From the sequence record DRR723986_9652: a stretch of 51,250 nucleotides of DNA, one strand, 5' to 3'. Positions 45,105 through 51,250 of this stretch are shown here, one piece after another (the stretch's first letter is position 1; each line of letters begins with the position of its first letter). Both the position numbers and the translations under genes were made by a program. Under the pieces are notes generated by a model. It searched no databases, had not been told where the DNA came from, and saw only the letters and a list, made by a program, of their open reading frames with translations.

Positions 45105-46048
45105 AGGGGCAACTCATAACGGGTGCTTCCGACAAACACAAGACCACTTTCAGACACCTGATCCAGTACAACGCCTTGATAGCTGGCTCCTACAAAAAGC
45201 CTTGTTCCATCGCGCAACATTAAAGCAGGTTGAGCTCCCAACAACACGCCGGCGACTTCAATGTCATCGACAGCTTTCTGCTCATCGGTCAGGCTTAAAG
45301 TGGCAATGATTTCTATCTGTCGGCCATGGTCGGACGATATCCGTTTGATGAGCGACTCAAAAATTTGCAACTGCATTCTGCTCATGGAGCCCCTTGCACT
45401 CACCCGAACCTTCTCGTATTCAATATTCACGTCGAAGTCGCTTAATTTCTGCTCCCCTTTGAATTGCAAGAGCTGAAGTTGAACAACCCTGAGCAACTGG
45501 TCGGCCACAGGTGGTGCAGGAGGAGGCGGTATCGCCTTTGGATTTTCTATCAAGTTGGCAGCGGGGAACGCTTGAGATTCCGAGAAGTTCGCTGAACCAA
45601 AGAAGAGAATGACGGTGGTCGCCATCAGGCCAAACAGGCAAGAGATTGCCATCACAGTCCCTGGCCCGATTGAACGAACCAACTCCAGTACACCTCCGAA
45701 GAAACGGGCTCCATTGTTCGTAAACTTCGACCACAAAAGACCTGATTCGCTGTTCGCAGTGATCGTAAACTGAACCTGGCGGCAGGTTATCGTCATCGAC
45801 TGACCTGCGTAAATTACCCGGCTTGGCGTTTTGCCGGCTTGGCCCAAGAAGCGAACATCACTTGAGATTTCCTCGAAGGTAATCCTGTTGCCATGTACAC
45901 GAAGCTTTAGGCACTGATCAGGAATTCCGTCATCACAAAGAAAAACCTCGGAGTTCGCATTTCCTCCAAGTGTCACAATGCCATGATTGAATTTCCACTT
46001 GGCACCTGCATGCAAGCCAGAGGTTACTTCAATATTCAATGCAAGCAT
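45101..46048 (-). CDS. sctD: FHA-domain inner membrane ring protein (HrpQ/YscD-like)
   Basis: IEVTSGLHAGA...LGG....VFLCDDGI; central TM; LMLRDGTRLFVG C-terminus. Confidence 0.8.
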   Translation of the reverse strand: MLALNIEVTSGLHAGAKWKFNHGIVTLGGNANSEVFLCDDGIPDQCLKLRVHGNRITFEEISSDVRFLGQAGKTPSRVIYAGQSMTITCRQVQFTITANSESGLLWSKFTNNGARFFGGVLELVRSIGPGTVMAISCLFGLMATTVILFFGSANFSESQAFPAANLIENPKAIPPPPAPPVADQLLRVVQLQLLQFKGEQKLSDFDVNIEYEKVRVSARGSMSRMQLQIFESLIKRISSDHGRQIEIIATLSLTDEQKAVDDIEVAGVLLGAQPALMLRDGTRLFVGASYQGVVLDQVSESGLVFVGSTRYELPL

Positions 46049-46050
46049 CT

Positions 46051-48186
46051 TTAGGCCTCTCTAGTGTCGTGATTGATGCTTATTAGTGAATCGTCGTACT
46101 CAATAGACTTCAGCAACTTAATTCCATAGCGATTCGAAATTTCCTGATACGAAAGAACAGGCACTGCGCTTAGCCTGTCCTGGATCAGCATCCTGACATG
46201 TGCCCTGCAATCCATTGATGTGATTAGCAGAGGCAACTTTTCGAAATGATAGAACTCGCTGTATTGCACTTCGATCATGTCGACCATCAAGTTCAGGGAC
46301 GATGCATCGGCATCAATGAATGTTCGACTGCCATCACTTCGTATGCTTTCGCGGATTGACTGCTCGAAGTCTGGCGACAAGGTACAAATGCTGAAGGTTT
46401 TGTCCACACAATGCTGAAAACTTATTTGTTCAAACAGCCCCTTGCGCACCTGCTCTGCAATCACAAGGACATCTCGCTCTCTTTGGGCCCAGTCAATAAG
46501 ACAATTTAGAACCGTTCGAATGTTTTTGACTGAAACCCGCTCAATCAGCAGTTTCTGGAAAACTTCTGTTACCTTGGACAGAGGTAGTACCCGCTCCAAT
46601 TCCTTGAGTTGCTCACCATTCTTGTCGGACAGTCTTGCGACATGTCTTTGAAAGTCATTCAGATTGAAGTAATCGACCGATCTTGAAACAAAAAGACCAA
46701 TGATCAAGTTGCTCCATCTCTTCTCAAAGCAACAGTAAGAAATATTGTTTTTATCCAGGCTATTTTTGTTGACGGGCTCGGTCAGGTAGAAATCTCTGCC
46801 CAAAATGGGATCTCTTTCTCGGACAACATCGATTCCCAAACTCTCCAGTCGAGAGGGCTCGCAAAATACTGCAATTCTTCGATCAGACGGATCAATCTCA
46901 AGCATGGGTACACCGAAGACATGGAATTCAATCTGCGGGGCGGCATGCTCGCTAAAATCAATGGTGGGATAAAGCGCGCCAGATTCTTCAATTAACTGGT
47001 TACGTGATGCCTTGCAGATCGATCGAAACATTTGTTTCAGATTGGGCTCAAGGCTTCCAGGAATCTTGACCTCCATCGGCAAGAATGTTTTTGTCAGCGT
47101 GATGTCTTCCATATCCTTGCCGATTGCTGCCGCATTTAACGCATCGTCAATGTGCTGCGCCTGAGGCTCGATGTCGTTCTTCTTATTGCCCTTGTCTACA
47201 AAAAACGACTTGCCGAGCAAAAGTGCAGATGCCACAAGAAACACCACAGCAGGCATGCCTGGAACCAAGGCGAAGCATGCACAAAAAAGGCCGCTGATTT
47301 GTAACGCACGGGCATTAGATGTGAGATCGAGGATCATGTCTTGGGCGGTGCTTGATCCATCGGCTTCGCCTTTTGTAACCCTGGTCACAATCAAACCTGC
47401 TGCGACAGAAGTTAGCAATGAGGGGATGATTCCAATGAGTCCGTCACCCACTGTCAACACTGAATAGATCGAACCAGCCTGGGACAAGGTCATGTCTTTT
47501 TGCAACATGCCTATTGCGATCCCCCCGATCAGGTTGATCGCTGTAATGATCAAGCCAGCGATCGCGTCATTTTTTACAAATTTGATTGCACCATCCATGG
47601 CCCCGAATAATTGCGACTCTTTCTCGAGCATGGCTCTCTTTTGCTTGCCTTCAGCTTGCGTGATGTTGCCCGCGCGAAGGTCGCTGTCAATCGACATTTG
47701 TTTACCCGGCATACCATCGAGTGAGAATCGGGCAGCCACCTCGGCCACTCGCTCAGATCCTTTCGTCACTACGAGAAAGTTCACGATTGCCAGAATCAAG
47801 AACATGATCAGGCCGACGGTGACATTGCCCCCAATCACAAATTCTCCAAACGTCTGGATGATGTGCCCAGCGTCCGCTTCCAACAGAATTTGTCTTGTTG
47901 TGGAAATGGTAAGAGCCAACCTGAAGAGAGTAGTCATCAGGAGAATGGCGGGAAAAGATGAAAACTTCAGTGGAGTTTCAAGTAGCATCGCGCTGACTAC
48001 GAGCACGATGGTGGCGCTGATATTAACGGCGATCAGAATATCCAGAAGTACCGGGCTAAGGGGAATAACCATCATGACGATGATTACCAGAACAAAGCAT
48101 GCACCCACCAACTCAGATCGGTTTGACGCCAGGCGGGCAAACTCATTAATTGAAGAAAGTAACTTTTTTGTTTGCACGCCTGTCAC
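46051..48186 (-). CDS. sctV: T3SS export gate
   Basis: KGSERVAEVAARFSLDGMPGKQMSIDSDLRAG; FGAMDGAIKFVK; VLSYQEI. Confidence 0.98.
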   Translation of the reverse strand: MTGVQTKKLLSSINEFARLASNRSELVGACFVLVIIVMMVIPLSPVLLDILIAVNISATIVLVVSAMLLETPLKFSSFPAILLMTTLFRLALTISTTRQILLEADAGHIIQTFGEFVIGGNVTVGLIMFLILAIVNFLVVTKGSERVAEVAARFSLDGMPGKQMSIDSDLRAGNITQAEGKQKRAMLEKESQLFGAMDGAIKFVKNDAIAGLIITAINLIGGIAIGMLQKDMTLSQAGSIYSVLTVGDGLIGIIPSLLTSVAAGLIVTRVTKGEADGSSTAQDMILDLTSNARALQISGLFCACFALVPGMPAVVFLVASALLLGKSFFVDKGNKKNDIEPQAQHIDDALNAAAIGKDMEDITLTKTFLPMEVKIPGSLEPNLKQMFRSICKASRNQLIEESGALYPTIDFSEHAAPQIEFHVFGVPMLEIDPSDRRIAVFCEPSRLESLGIDVVRERDPILGRDFYLTEPVNKNSLDKNNISYCCFEKRWSNLIIGLFVSRSVDYFNLNDFQRHVARLSDKNGEQLKELERVLPLSKVTEVFQKLLIERVSVKNIRTVLNCLIDWAQRERDVLVIAEQVRKGLFEQISFQHCVDKTFSICTLSPDFEQSIRESIRSDGSRTFIDADASSLNLMVDMIEVQYSEFYHFEKLPLLITSMDCRAHVRMLIQDRLSAVPVLSYQEISNRYGIKLLKSIEYDDSLISINHDTREA

Positions 48187-48210
48187 CGATTAGATTACTG
48201 CTGACTACTG

Positions 48211-48238
48211 TATGTGTTGCTCCCAAGAAGATGGTTCC
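48211..48238 (-). promoter_or_regulatory. hrp-box-like promoter of the sctV operon
   Basis: GGAACC-N15-ACACATA, 24 nt upstream of the start. Confidence 0.8.
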
Positions 48239-48280
48239 GAGTTTTCGCTCAATGCGATTGAAAATTGAGGCTTTACGACA

Positions 48281-49585
48281 TTAACCGTTGCTTCGTTGCA
48301 GTTGCTGAATCAAAAGGTTAATCATATTGAGGTGCGAGCCCAAACCATTGCCCACTTGAGGATGTCCGTGAAACAAACTGTCGCCAACGGGTATCACTGG
48401 AAAACCCCACTGATGCGACCAACCGGAGCCATCGCCAATGTACAAATGTGGAGCCCAGAGAAACGGTGGGTCTACCCTGCATTCGGAGTAATGCCCAACG
48501 ACGCCCGAAGCCAGCACATCCACTATGATTTTCCACCTTGGGTCGGACAGCTTTGACAAGTTATCCCATACCTGATCAAGAGAAAGCGGGCCCTTGATTT
48601 CGTTTTGAAGCAGCCACGCGTCATCCTGCCTTAAACCAAAAAAGGCGATCCATTCTCCTGAACCAAGATGTGTGGGCCATACATAAATCCAATTGTCGTG
48701 ATTAATCGTACGAATCTTTTCGAGCAAAACAGGACCCAGGTGCCGGGGAATGCCTCGAATTTTCAACATCCAGCTGGAGAGAGGTACACCGTTCAAAGTT
48801 GGTCGACAGTCCCCGTTGTCGTAAACCGAAACCGCGAGGTTGCGCGCATCTCTGGGTGCTATTGCGACGGGATTTACGCCAAAGGCGCAATAACCTTGAA
48901 CAGTTTCCAGATCTGAACTGCACAAGACCACCTCGCACTCTTTTTTCATTTGACCTTTTGCCCGCCATCGCCCACCTGTTGCATCGAATACGAGATCTGG
49001 CTGAAGCTGCAACAACAGGTTTTCAATTTGTTCATTTGAGTAGACAAACTGACAATCAAGAATTTGCGCAAGCGACAAAAGGTAGCTTTCCAGTTCGCGA
49101 AGTGTCCATGGCAGATACTCGCCCAGAGGAGCCACAGAATTGATTCCTGAAGGGTGATTAAAAAACATGAATTCGCTGACAGGAATGTTGATAGGCCAAC
49201 TTCTTGTGAAAGCAGTGCCCTGACCTTCGCTGTTGACTCTGTTTTCCAGAACATGAAGCACGATGCGGGGGCCAAATAATTTTTTCAAGGCCACAGCCAG
49301 CATAAGTCCCACTGGCCCCCCACCAACGATCACAACGCGCTCGCTGTTGCGAGGTAACTGTTGCCTCAGTTCAAGGCGCGTGTTGGTGGAAATAGCCGTG
49401 TTTTGAAGGCAGGCAGGTACTACCGGTGTTTGCCGGGAATTTGACCCGAGCACGGCCCATTCTTCGGCACTTAACAGATAGTTGCGGCCGACTGACAGGG
49501 CATACAGCCACCCCTGCATGGCAGAGTTCAGACCGACTGCTTGATGTATCGCCAACCAATCGGTAAGCACTTGATTTGCCAGCAT
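48281..49585 (-). CDS. FAD-dependent monooxygenase-like protein
   Basis: VVIVGGGPVGL Rossmann motif; FDATGG; VGDSL...HPQVGNGL (GD motif). Confidence 0.75.
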   Translation of the reverse strand: MLANQVLTDWLAIHQAVGLNSAMQGWLYALSVGRNYLLSAEEWAVLGSNSRQTPVVPACLQNTAISTNTRLELRQQLPRNSERVVIVGGGPVGLMLAVALKKLFGPRIVLHVLENRVNSEGQGTAFTRSWPINIPVSEFMFFNHPSGINSVAPLGEYLPWTLRELESYLLSLAQILDCQFVYSNEQIENLLLQLQPDLVFDATGGRWRAKGQMKKECEVVLCSSDLETVQGYCAFGVNPVAIAPRDARNLAVSVYDNGDCRPTLNGVPLSSWMLKIRGIPRHLGPVLLEKIRTINHDNWIYVWPTHLGSGEWIAFFGLRQDDAWLLQNEIKGPLSLDQVWDNLSKLSDPRWKIIVDVLASGVVGHYSECRVDPPFLWAPHLYIGDGSGWSHQWGFPVIPVGDSLFHGHPQVGNGLGSHLNMINLLIQQLQRSNG

Positions 49586-49647
49586 GTGCGGACCCAGTCA
49601 AGAAAAATGCGGACCTGAGAAGACAGTTCGCTAATCTACTGATGTCT

Positions 49648-49675
49648 TGTGTGGCAAAAACCGGCGGCAAGTTCC
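49648..49675 (-). promoter_or_regulatory. Consensus hrp box upstream of the FAD enzyme
   Basis: GGAACT-N15-CCACACA, 62 nt upstream of the ATG. Confidence 0.8.
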
Positions 49676-49712
49676 AGACAGCGGATTACCCGTAGGCAAT
49701 CCATTGTCTGGA
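49673..49712 (-). other. Stem-loop after metH
   Basis: TCCAGACAATGGATTGCC-TACG-GGTAATCCGCTGTCTGGA with a C(UACG)G tetraloop and no U tract. Confidence 0.6.
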
Positions 49713-49716
49713 GGTG

Positions 49717-51250
<1,534 letters not shown>

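Noticed and set aside
39308-48186. Flagellar export apparatus
   Set aside because: A secretin, an SctJ lipoprotein and an FHA-type SctD, with no flg/fli structural genes, indicate an injectisome.

Overview
Betaproteobacterial-like (Burkholderiales-type; genus not determinable here) chromosomal window with two halves. 1-24 kb is core/accessory metabolism: a copper-resistance operon (DUF2946-like leader, TolC, Tat multicopper oxidase, cupredoxin), a metal-dependent hydrolase, a PIN toxin with an antitoxin fused to a DUF1508/YegP domain, an AcrAB-OprM-type RND pump with a divergent TetR and an AcrR-like operator, and a split acyclic-terpene (atuB/C/D/F) cluster with three PsrA-type palindromes, interrupted by a retention-module repeat protein. 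24-49.7 kb is an island bounded by atuD and metH. It holds a non-flagellar type III secretion system with Hrp1-like gene order (sctV-D-N-O-Q-R-S-T-U, hrpB-like-J-K-L-C) plus needle/rod and hydrophobic translocator candidates. Main observation: six hrp-box-like ECF promoters (GGAAC[C/T]-N15/16-NNACNNA) lie upstream of the T3SS operons and also of a FAD-monooxygenase-like gene, a regulatory-domain methyltransferase and an orphan, short-tailed ZorA/ZorB-like motor pair with no adjacent Zorya effector genes. This suggests a Zorya-type motor co-opted into a T3SS regulon (inference). All calls are by motif recognition; no database searches were run.
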